From Camelus ferus (taxonomy: Eukaryota), in contig NC_045696.1 of NCBI RefSeq assembly GCF_009834535.1, positions 89,840,001-89,904,000 of the forward strand: a stretch of 64,000 nucleotides of DNA, read 5' to 3'. Numbering within the stretch: position 1 is the stretch's first letter; each line of letters opens with the position of its first letter. Shown piece after piece: positions 52,918-64,000 of the stretch. The notes under the pieces were generated by a model, which was not told where the DNA came from, did no database searches, and saw only the letters and a program-made list of their open reading frames with translations. A program made the position numbers and the translations under genes.

Positions 52918-55900
52918 GTATTTCTAATTATTTAGCAAACAGTGATATCGGAGATTCCCGACTCTTAACCTGATGAGTGATACATGTTGTGTCCAGACAG
53001 ATCAAAGTAAAGCAGACATTCTGGAATGGTTTTTACTTACCTCTTCCTTCTTATCCCTTCTTTTTCTTTTTGTCTTATGTTGCCTAAGCTATGGTTTTAT
53101 TATTTTTTCAGCTTTTTGGTAAGTGTTTCAGCTTTCCTGAGATAGTGCTAGTTTATGCCTGTTGTCCCAGTATTACGATTAATATTAATCTCAAAATTTT
53201 GGATGATAAATTATATGGTCATCCTAATGATACACCACCTTACCCCCCTCTTGAAAGCAAAGGAGACATAAATAAAAGAGTGAATAAAATAGATTTATCA
53301 TGAAGAGTATTGTACTTCATGAGTAAGTGAAGATGCATTTTCTCCCTATTGTTTTTTGGATAGCCAAAAATATGGTACCTTCTCTCCAGTGTATTGTACA
53401 ATATAATTCCTTTACAGGTTTATCAGTCACTTTGATTAGAAAAAGATGAAATGGGAAGCCTGTAGACTATGATGCTGAAATTCTTTCAATTTTTAAAAAA
53501 ATTATTTTCATATGTGTTACATAACCTGATTATAATTTATTGAATAGTGAATCTGGTTATTAAATACTAATCATTATAAAAGTGTGGCCATAACAGTTTT
53601 GGATAAAGAGAATTTATGTACAAACTTAGGGTTCCCAAGGAAACACAACTAGAAAAGAGATCTGATCACATGTCATACCTGGGTTGTCAGGAATTTAGGT
53701 TTGTATTAAAGGCTATGCATAAAAATTAATTCCATGTGAATTTTTTCCATTAAAAAGAATTTCAAACTGATAAAAAATACTCTTTATTGGCAAACTGGGG
53801 GTAATTCTTGATTTTCTGGATCATTAACTGCAAATAGACATTTCTTCACACTCCTTAGAGATAGTTTTAAGAAATCACTTTAGTTTCAACCATTTTCACA
53901 ACAGGTTTAAAAAAGACACAACAGAGTGGAAGCTCTGAAGACTATGATTAAGTTAGGGTTGATTATAAATTAACCTCAAAATAGCGTCTTTTTAAACAAT
54001 TACAATGAAGAAATGTCCTTTTCAGGAAAGGAGAGTGTGGAAATGAGTTTAGTGAATATGGTATTATAAAATTCATCAAAACTATCATGTGACAGAGAAG
54101 GGACTATGAACAGGCAGGTAGCAGATTCACCTTTGCTATACCTTCCACAGTAATCCAAACCCCTGCTATTGTGAAGATGAATCACATCTCTATTTTAATT
54201 CTGGCATGCAAATCTTAAGGATTTTATGCAGGTCAACACCTGAACCTACATTACTGAAATCTCCCTCACCTTAGCGCTAATGAATTGTAAAAAATGTCAT
54301 TAACCTTTCTTGAGAATTAATCACAAAAGATGCTGAAATTTTGTGTTCTAGCTGTACCTGCAAACCTATTTGAAGCGTGCTCTCCCGCATTGAGTTTCTG
54401 TCTGAAATAGCTGATTTAAGCCTTTGATATAGTAGAGCTGGTCCTCCATTCATTGTGTTATCATTTTATACAGTCTGTCCATAAAAACCCCAAGAGAAGA
54501 ATGCACTGTCTGTCCATGAAAAATAACCCACTGTCTGTGGCTTATGGAAACCACGATAGAATTTTAAATACCTTGGAAAAGCCAGGCATAGCCATTTACA
54601 TGATTTTTGCCAGTGCTCCTCTGGTTGAATGGCAACACTCAAATATAATGAACAGAAGAACACAATTAAATATGCACCCTAATGAGGAATGGAGAACTGA
54701 GATTTTTGTCATTTTTCAAAAACAAAAGCTTCCAAAATTTAAAATAATGAAGTCAGTCACATGGCTGCTGGAGAGAAGTGAGGGATGCGTTATTAGACAC
54801 AGCAGTAAATGTCAAATATAATATACTACAGCAATATTCTTCAGTTTGACTATGGCTCTTTTATTTCTTGTTCCCATGTATCTCCTGCTGTTAACTGTTC
54901 ATCTCCCATCAATTTTATTCTCATCAGTAGTTGCCCTGGTCAGGGAGAAAGACTGTCTTGGTTTAATTAAATGCTCCCACTAATAAGAGGAATCTAAGCA
55001 GACTTGGGTGGGCCCAAGGCGCTGCTCTCACATTTGAGCAGGTGGTGGCAAGCCTTGAGCTTACTCTGAACTCTGGATTTTCCTTCTGCTTGAGCTGAAG
55101 ACTCAGAAGGCTATTTTCTCTAAAAATTTCTCTGAGTCTTGAGGCCCTGAAGAATGAAAATAATTTACACCAAGATAATTAGTATTGATTCTTGCTACAT
55201 GGAACTCTATCATAATGACTTCAGATGTATTATGTACCCAACAATCTTGCTTTGAGTATAACTTTGATCCAAGTATTGCACTGTGGATCCAGCAATGTGT
55301 TCACCTAAATAAGATTTATGAGAATGAAAGTTTTGGTGTGGAAACATTTTGAGCTGTTTGCAGGTCAAGGGATAATGCAGACACCTTAAATTCATCTTTA
55401 CCAATTTTAGTTTGATAAGAGGAAGATGAACAAGAAAGAAGAAGAGAAACAAGAGTGTGTGAACTGATACCCTGAAAGGTTACAAGATACCTTCCACCCA
55501 TACGTGAGCAGGAATCCAAAGGACCAGGCCAACATCATCATCATTATCAGATAAGCACAGCTCTATGTGCATCCTGCTAGCATGTAAATGAGTCTATTCC
55601 ACGTGTCTGGCAGAAATTGGGTGAAACAGTGAATGGTGGCGAGTCTCAACAGTTCATGTGTAGCAGGAAATGTAGAAGCATCTGTTCTGCTCGTGGGATC
55701 CCTGAGAGGAGTCATGGCCTAATAACTGAGTGACCTCACTTGTTTTGAAGGAAGATTGTCTAAATTAGAGGTAAACCTAATTTGTAGGATATTTTAAAAG
55801 TGACTTTATTTTTTAATTAGCTGTTACATGTTGCGTATATGTCATATAATAAAAATTTTTGAACTAAAAATAATTAATCCACAATCTCCCTACCCAAAAG

Positions 55901-55964
55901 CATCAGTTATTTTCCCTGGTCCATATTCTCTGCCAGTCCCTGTCCATCTGCATAGATCAGGGAG

Positions 55965-56165
55965 CCAGGTGCTGTCCTGGGCACTGTCCATAGTTACTCA
56001 CTTAATCTCCGCAATGACCCTGAGAGCAATGTCCCCACTGCATAGGGGAGACTGAGACTTAGGAAGGTTAAACAGCTTGCACTAGGTGGTGTGGCAAGTT
56101 GAAAGATCCTGGAATTGAGTTCTGGTGGGCCCCAAATCTGAAGTCTGTACTGCTGGCCACTCTGT
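55965..56165 (-). mobile_element. MIR SINE
   Basis: gcataggggagactgagacttaggaaggttaaacagcttgc. Confidence 0.65.
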
Positions 56166-57074
56166 AACATGGCCCCTGTGTTATGGGATCAAGTCAAATG
56201 TATTCTGCTTTACTTTTCTGCCTTGCTAAATTAACTTCTTCTTATCTTTTTTATTGGCTGCACAAAATTCATTTGAAGAAATGTACTGTAATTTAGCTTT
56301 TTCCTATTATTGGACATTTATGTATGTCATATTTCTCTGCTATGTAGCTAGAACTACAACGGACTTTTCGTTTCTAAAGCTTTTTTTCTTCCTCCTTTCG
56401 AATTAGTTCCTAAGGATAAATTTCCAGGAATGATATTACTTTATCAAGAGATATAAACATAAAATAGTTAATTATTTTAAATGCATGTACATAACTTACA
56501 GAGGTTTTAGACAACTGTTAATGAAGGGATAAGAATTATTACATTCCATTCTTTCAACATCCCGCATGAGTTTTCGCTACATGCTGGGCACTGAACTAAA
56601 CAGTAGGTATACAAACACACTGGAAGATCAGAATCCTGCCTTCCTGGTACTTAATCCTACTATGGTAGAAAATTACATATTTATTTTAAAAATACATTTT
56701 CTTCATAAGTTATATGATGACAAAATTCAGATTCTTCTAAGTTATTAGAAATAAAGAAGGCTAAAATAGTAGAGTTTTACATATTTTTCATTTTTAGGTA
56801 TCCAGGACAATCCTAGCTCCCACACTTAGGACACATCCTTGGGCAATTTCCTTACTCTTCCAATTTCCACATGTGTGGAATGGAAATAAGGTACTGTGGG
56901 ATTATCTGATATAGTACCTCTGAGCATGTGGAGTGGTGCACACCACCTAGTGAGCGCTCAGTAACTGTTAGCTAATTCAGTGACGTCCTGAAACTAGCTC
57001 AGATGACCTTGTGATTGCTAATTTTTTAGGAATTTTGAAAGACAGTCCTTAGACACAGGCATTAGTAAACACTC

Positions 57075-57178
57075 TTCATGGTGGGACTATTTACACCACA
57101 GAAACTGGCACAAACTTGATTAGTAATCAAGACTTTTATTCAGACAGCTGTTAATACACATTCACCAGCACACCACTA
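57075..57178. mobile_element. MER63-like hAT-Blackjack fragment
   Basis: tatttacaccacagaaactggca...acattcaccagcacaccact end motif. Confidence 0.55.
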
Positions 57179-57504
57179 TTACCATTCACGTACGTATTAC
57201 CCTTTCCCTGGAGAAGGTTGTTACAGATGGTGAACTATACCCACAAGTTAAGTGAGTAGTTAAAGAAATAAGTGGTCAGCGGGGTTTCTTTCTGTATTGC
57301 TGACTAGTAAAGAATGCTTTAGGTTGGTTAAGAAGCTACAGACTGTATATTCAGTGTGTAGCTACATTTTAAATAACTCATACACAGATGACTCACTAGT
57401 AAATCACGTGGAAGTAAAATTTAAGTAAGCAATTTGTTATTTAGTTAATAAATATGGTTGTGAGGGGAAAAAGAGGAGAACTTGGAATGGGCTAATGAAG
57501 GTAG

Positions 57505-57680
57505 CATCCATGGTTCTGCCATTGGATCAAGCCAGTTTACTAACTTAAAACATTAGTTAACTTAACCTCTGTGAGTCTTGGTTTTCTTATCTGAAAAATG
57601 AGGATAATAACAGTTAACTCAAAAAATTGTTATGAGGATTAAATGAGATAAGTAACCAACACATAATAGGCACTAAATAC
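57505..57680 (+). mobile_element. MIR SINE
   Basis: acttaacctctgtgagtcttggttttcttatctgaaaaatgaggataataa...tgaggattaaatgagataa. Confidence 0.75.
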
Positions 57681-57719
57681 AAGTTTGTATTCCTTTTACT
57701 CTTAAGATGGGAGAGTCTT

Positions 57720-58610
57720 ATACAGATGGCCATCAGGCACATAGAAAAATGCTCAACATTGCTAATTATTAGAGAAATGCAAATGAAAACTACAATGAGG
57801 TATCACCTCACTCCAGTCAGAATAGCCATCATTCAAAAGTCCACAAATAATAAATGCTGGAGTGGGTGTGGAGAAAAGGGAACCCTCTTACACTATTAGT
57901 GGGAATATAAATTGGTGCAGCCACTATGGAAAACAGTATGGATATTCCTTTAAAAACTAAAAATAGAGTTACCCTATGATCCAGCAATCCCACTCCTGGG
58001 CATATATCCAGAGAAAACTCCAATTCAAAAAGATACATGCACTCCAATGATCATAGAAGCACTATTTACAATAGCCAAGACATGGAAGCAACTTAAATGT
58101 CCACTATGGACAGAGGACTGGGTAAAGAAGTTGTGGTGTGTATATACAATGGAATACTACTCAGCCATAAAAAAGAATGAGATAATGCCATTTACAGCAA
58201 CATGGATTGACCTAGAGATTATCATACTAAGTAAAATAAACCATAAAAAGAAAGACAAATATAATATGTCACTTACATGTGGAATCTAAAAAAGACACAA
58301 ATGAAATTATTTACAAAACAGAAAGAGATTCACATACATAGAAAACAAACTTATGGTTACAAAAGGGGAAAGGCAGGGGGAGGGATAAATTGGGAGTTTG
58401 GGATTAGCAGATACAAACTACTATGTACAGAATAAACAACAAGGTCCTACTGTATAGCACAGGGAATTATACTCAATAACTTATAATAACCTATAATGAA
58501 AAGAATATGAAAAGGAATATATATCTATGTATATGTATAACTGAATAACTATACTGTACACCAGAAACTAACATGACATTGTAAATCAACTATACTTCAG
58601 TAAGAAAAGA
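57720..58610 (+). mobile_element. 5'-truncated cetartiodactyl-type L1 (~0.9 kb)
   Basis: ORF 58047-58289 (IEALFTIAKTWKQLKCP...MEYYSAIKKNEIMPF) is the L1 ORF2 C-terminus. 3' UTR gggagtttgggattagcagatacaaactacta...aacaaggtcctactgtatagcacaggga. Confidence 0.95.
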
Positions 58611-59924
58611 ACTGTTTTAAAGTCTTGAAGGAATGGTATGAGTCAAGGTACAACAACCAGGGAGGGATAGGGGTAGGAGAGAGTCAAGCCGGGCTGGGCT
58701 GTTGTCAGAAGCTGCAAGGCAGAGGCAAGGATTTCTTAGGTGTACTCCTCTGGGTAGTAACAACAGTTTGGGTCCAGCCCAGTGCTGATCAGAGTCAAGT
58801 CCTCTAAAGCAGAGCATGATATGGCTGACGAATAAGATTTGAGGTTATAGAGAAGATACAAGCCTAATTTTTCTGGGTGACTCAGGCTGTATCTGAAGGA
58901 ATGACAAAGAAGAAAACAAGTCCCAAAGTTCTAATTCATTAGAGATGCCAATGAAATGAGTAAATATTTCTCCAAGAAAATACTTTTTGCTTCTTTAAAG
59001 GAGTTAACACGCACTTGGATATGTCAGCACGCGTACGTTTGTGTGAGAAATGAATCTTGATGTTTCACAGCCACATGGCGGCCAAAGAAAGACAATATAT
59101 AAAACCCACATGAGAACTAGTGAGACTGCGGGAAAAAATGGAAGAATGAGGATGTTGTTCAAGATTCATTTATGAAAGGAAAACACTGGAAACTTGAGTA
59201 TCAACAAAGTATAATCGTTAAGAGAATTGTGGAATATACCTATGATAGAATATTATCTGGTTGTTAAACTGATGGTTATTAAGACTACACAATAGCATGG
59301 GAAATGCAATAAGTAAAAATCAAATATAGGATTCAGATTATACAGGTATGTCATGATTCCAAATGTGTTAAAAACAAACAAGAAGAAGACTTAAACTTGC
59401 AGTGGTTTTTATGGAGATTTCCTTTTTCTATTTTCTAGAATTTTTTTTACAATATGGCTATGTTAAAATTTAAAATTATTAATGTTCAATTTCAGCTCCT
59501 TCCTGCTGCTTAGGAATCCTCTTGTTGGACATCTGTGGGCTTCCTGAAACGGCTCCCTTCTTCCAGGCTCAGTCCCACCTCCTCTGCCCAGTCGGTGACC
59601 TTGCCTTTGACCAGAGGGGCTAAATCTCTCCAGGGAAAACTACTTGCTTTCTGTCATCCCCTCTTTCTGTCTTTGCATTCAATTGTCTATAATATCAGAC
59701 AGAGGGCTCCACCCCCTTCCCCAGGCTAACTCCCTCCTGTCTGGAGAAACAAGACCCTGCCTGTTCGTTACTCTACACCATTGCCTGCCTTTTTAAGGAA
59801 ACTGACATCCCTTCTTCCTAACTCTCTTAACCCTGTTCCCCTGAGCCCAGGTGTAGTCATCCAGCTCCTGAGATGCTCCTGCCTCTACCGATCTTTCCTC
59901 CCAGAGAACTTTCCGGTACAGTAC

Positions 59925-60095
59925 TTATTGCTATGTGGTATGTGCTCTAAAGCCAGACTTCCCAGGTTTAAATTCTTGCTCCTCCACCGAGTAGGCTGCT
60001 TACCCTTGCTGTGTCTCAGTTCACTCATCTTTAAAATGGGGACAGTAATAGAACTCACTTCACAAGCGCTCAATGAACACAAGTGGTTTATTACT
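59925..60095 (+). mobile_element. MIR SINE
   Basis: gtgtctcagttcactcatctttaaaatggggacagtaatag. Confidence 0.7.
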
Positions 60096-60189
60096 TGTGT
60101 TCCTTGATTGATTGAGTTTCAACTTGTCTTCCTAGCCACAGTGAAAAATGCTGAAGGATATTTTACTCTTACTCGTTTTCCCTTCGTGT

Positions 60190-60295
60190 GAGAAGCACTG
60201 TCTCTGTTTGCCCAGGACTTAGGGGTTTCCCAGGTCATGAGATTTTCAGTGCTAGAACGGAAAATCCCAGGCAAACTGAGACGGTTGGTCACCCT
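60190..60295. mobile_element. MER81-like hAT-Blackjack element
   Basis: gtttgcccaggacttaggggtttcccagg...ttttcagtgctagaac...cccaggcaaactgagacggttggtcaccct. Confidence 0.75.
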
Positions 60296-61339
60296 GCCTT
60301 CATGTGTAAGAGAATGGCTCACATGTAGTAGGTATTTAAGGAATTCTTATTGAACGAGTCCATATGTAAAATACAGGCAAAATCATGATACACACAGACA
60401 TTTCCTGCATAAACATAAATCTACAAATCTGCATTCAGTCTAAAACAGTGAATTCTCTTTTCCTGTGTTGATATGGCCGCTGGCATATTTAAACAAACCC
60501 TTTTTAACCCAGATAACATATCCCATACTAAAGGTAGCTTTTCCTTTTTACCATTTTAAAACACTGACATTAGCCTTCTAGAGTGGTTTATATCATCCTT
60601 TGGTGAGATGTAAACTTTTAAAAACTTTTGTTCAAAATTGGAATCTGTGTTAACAGCCAGATTTCCTTCTGCCCTTGGAATATAACTAGATGGTGGTGAA
60701 TTCTCTCTGTAGGTTAAATTATTTCTGCAAGTTTAAGCACACTACTTCTCTAATTGCTTAGGGTTGAGGATTCCTCATTCCAGAAAATCCCAGCCAATAG
60801 AATGCGGGGTAGAAGCAACTTCCCATCTTGACACCCCAAGCTTCATTCTCCTCACCACCACCCCCCCAGCAGCCAACATGCAAGCATAGCAACAGCAGCT
60901 GGTGCAGCGGAACAGCACTGTTTAAAATAAACACTCTTCCCAGTCGGCATTTGCAAGTGATCTTTTTCTTTCCATCGTTTAAAATATAAGTGTGAACATA
61001 GCTTAAGAATTGTAAAACAAATGAAAATGAAAACTGCCTGGAAAGGTATGCAGAAGAAGAAAAATCATGAGAAAATGCTAACTGCCAAGAGGGATTTATG
61101 CTTCACCCTTTACCACCAGAAATTCCATTCCCGCGTATATTGAAAGCTCTTCCTAAGGGTTCCCAAAATTTAGAATTCAAGGACCTCCTAGAAAACGTCA
61201 TCCCCATATAATTCCATTTTGCAAGTGTTTGCAGGGTACCTACCACGTGCTAGGTGACGCAAGGATGCAAAGATGGAAGAACAAAGTCATAAGATAAGTA
61301 CACAGATAAGTACAAACCATAAGGCGTATGAACAGTTAC

Positions 61340-61597
61340 ACAGAATAATGGTTTGGAACATGGTCTCTGAACCAGACTGACCAGGTTTGAAAGATGGCTT
61401 AGCCACTGAGCAGAGGTATGACTTCATAGATCACTTAGCATCTCTGGGTTGCGTTTCTTCATCCGTGAAATGAGGGGTACGAGCAGCACCTATTTTCAAA
61501 GGTTGATGTGAGGCTTAAGTGAATTAATTTACATAAAGTGCTTAGAGTAGGGCCTGACACATAGCAAGTGCTGTATTTGTGTTTATTATTATTACTT
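61340..61597 (+). mobile_element. MIR SINE, near full length
   Basis: tctctgaaccagactgaccaggtttgaa...tttcttcatccgtgaaatgagg...cataaagtgcttagagtagggcctgacacatag. Confidence 0.85.
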
Positions 61598-63099
61598 TTA
61601 AGATAAAATGTTACAGGGGACATAAGACAGGTTGAGAAGACATGCAATGGATATTTAAGAAAGAGCACATCTCAGGAGAGCAGGACAAACTTCAAAGGCG
61701 AAGTGAGATGGGTTTTACGTCAGGTGACAAGGACAATAAGAGATGTATAAAGCAAAAGGAGAGGTGACCCAGCAGAGGGAGAGGTGAGGCTTTAGGACCT
61801 GAGGAGGAAGACAGCAGAGGGGGCAGGGAGGGAGCGATGGGGGCCACATCCAGTCAGATGGCTCCTCACTGGCTCTCTGAGGATGAGGACCACTCGGTAA
61901 GGCCTGGAGGGGAGGACAGGCCAGGTGGGCAGTGCAAAAGCTGTGTGTTTGGAAAAATGTTGTGAGAGTTCAGTTTTGGCCAAATGCTCACTGTAGGGAA
62001 TTGAGGGCTAGGTGAAGGGATGCAGGAGAAAAGCAGAAGCGGAAGATGAAGAAGCCAGTGGGGGGAGGCTGGGGAAGGCCAACAAGTACACGGACACCAC
62101 GCTAAGGAACCAGCTTCATTGTGTTTGTGTGGCCTCCTTGGAGTATTTCCCTTAGACTCTATTATGGTGTTAGTTTAAAAGGCAGATTCTTAGGAGGGAG
62201 GGAGGATATTGAGAGGAAGTGAGAGGGCTGCAGAGAAAGGAGGCAGGAGGTGCTCAGGGAAGAGAAAACAACCTCAGAGTCATCATCTTCTTAAGTTCCT
62301 GCTTCTGACCCCACCTCCCTGAGATCCCCCTTCACTGTAAGCTACAGGGAATGAGGCAGCGAGATCAGGGAACTGATGGCTCTCCAGCCTTCCCCCAGGG
62401 GTTTGCAATAATCACATGCACACCTGAAGGTGCTTAAACCTTCTTTGTGGTCCACTGTATAGAAGCTCACTCCCTTAAACAGGAGCCATGGTCACACCAG
62501 AGAAGGAATCACCCTCAGGTCATTGGTTGGCATCAGAAGCATGTGTGGTGAGTCAGAAGTGACCTGCAGACAATCGCGGATCTGTGCAAGGACCCCTCAG
62601 CCCACATCTCTGAGATGATACCCTCCAGAGAGGGATCACTTGGGACAGGTCACACCATGTTATGTGGAAAATAATGCAGTGGCAACAGGAACACTGACAA
62701 AGGGGTTAAGGATATGAGTTGCAGAGCCAGGAAAACGAGAAACACACATCTCTCTTTTGTTAAGCTCCGGTAAGCAGTCTCGGGAACCTCTCTTCTTGGT
62801 GCAGTAAATGCCTACGCCAGGCCATGGCTTGATGGGTGTTTCTTCAGGTTTTATTCTCTTGCCTTCATCTTTTGTTGTATTCAAAGAGCCATCTGTATCC
62901 TTCTCTTAATTTGCTAAATTCCTTACTCAAGGCAGAAGCAGCACCTGTTCAGGCTCCCAATTCACGTTCATGTGGGTGAAAGGGAAAAACAGTCCTAGCT
63001 GAAGCTCATACTATCAGATAAAAGGGGATCTGAGTCGCTGAAATGTAAGGGGTGTGTCTTCCTGTGCAAATTAATTTGATGGTTTTGAGAGCAAAGTCC

Positions 63100-63119
63100 A
63101 CACACACACACACACACAC
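63100..63119. repeat. (CA)n microsatellite
   Basis: Direct reading. Confidence 0.9.
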
Positions 63120-64000
63120 CCTGCAGGCAGCCAAGTAATCTTGTTTGTAAAATCAATGAAGAATTCACTAAACCATGTGTTTTAAAATTAAATAATGATT
63201 TAATGCTCTCTCTGTTAGAAAGCTCGAAAAGTTTGATTCATTATAAATCTGCTAGAATTCGTATCCTGAGAAGATAGATAGTAGCATTTTCAACAAACAG
63301 GTGATAAGGATACTCATGCACTGAACGTATGGAAAAAAAAGAGCTGCGGGAGAGAAGAGAAGACATTCAGATTTCCTCCTTACAACAATCCCATGAAACC
63401 AATAAAAAGCATCCCATATATAGTGGTTTGTATTCCAAAGGCTCCACAAAACAACATTTCTGATATCTAGCACCTGGAAACAAGGCAAAGATAATAATAA
63501 CCATAGTAACAATTGTGTCCGTAAACCGTTTTTATAATGTCATTTAATTTTTTTCCTCAAAGAAATCCTATGACAAGGAAGGAGAGGAACTACTATCTCT
63601 GCTTTTCTAAATAAAAATAATAAAAAAACAATAAAAGCTCAGAGAAGTTTACTGACTCAATCAACCAATCCCAAATACTGAAATTTCCAGGCCCACATTC
63701 TTCTGAAAGTCTCTCCTCAACAGAAACTAGCGTTGGAGGAACCAGCAGCCACCCAAGCTGGAGCCACCTCGCGCCCTCTCTTGACCTTCCATCCCCCAAA
63801 CTCCCACGTCACAGACATTAATGTGTGTCTTCCTGCTCCCACCACTCTTGGGAAGGCCTTCCAGGGACATGGAAAGCTGCTGCCCCCATCTTAGCACACA
63901 AACTTAAACATTCATGATATAAAACAACATATTGTTTAAAACACACACTTTGTACAGTGGACTACCAAGCACAAGGGTGTGTATGTGTGTATATATATCA

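Noticed and set aside
62660..62884. Minus-strand ORF (NTTKDEGKRIKPEETP...)
   Set aside because: Non-ATG start, no good splice acceptor and no recognisable homology.
1..64000. CRISPR array, prokaryotic or viral system, or intact ERV coding genes
   Set aside because: No regularly spaced repeats, no long ORFs (maximum 134 aa) and no gag/pol/env motifs; only solo LTRs in eukaryotic repeat-rich DNA.

Overview
This is AT-rich, repeat-dense mammalian non-coding DNA (intronic or intergenic). It is most likely camelid, because it carries two vic-1-type tRNA-derived SINEs and cetartiodactyl-type L1 3' ends. I could not recognise any host protein-coding exon, RNA gene or processed pseudogene. The ORF track is explained by L1 ORF2 remnants, antisense L1, low-complexity tracts and chance ORFs. 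The window is a mosaic of L1, L2, MIR, hAT DNA transposons (MER33, MER58B, MER53, MER3, MER63, MER81, MER5) and solo LTRs (MLT1, LTR16-like, two ERV1-class), separated by unique segments, some of which resemble cis-regulatory elements. I found no evidence for a novel biological system. The best-supported oddities are mutational: a twin-primed (5'-inverted) L1 with a 20-bp TSD, a ~95-bp dispersed local duplication, a triple-nested L2/MER3/L1, an internally deleted SINE and a fold-back repair scar. LTR and L1 orientation hints at a minus-strand host transcript, and there is one candidate in-frame 81-nt minus-strand exon. Repeat names come from recalled consensus sequences, not a database search, and boundaries without TSDs are approximate.
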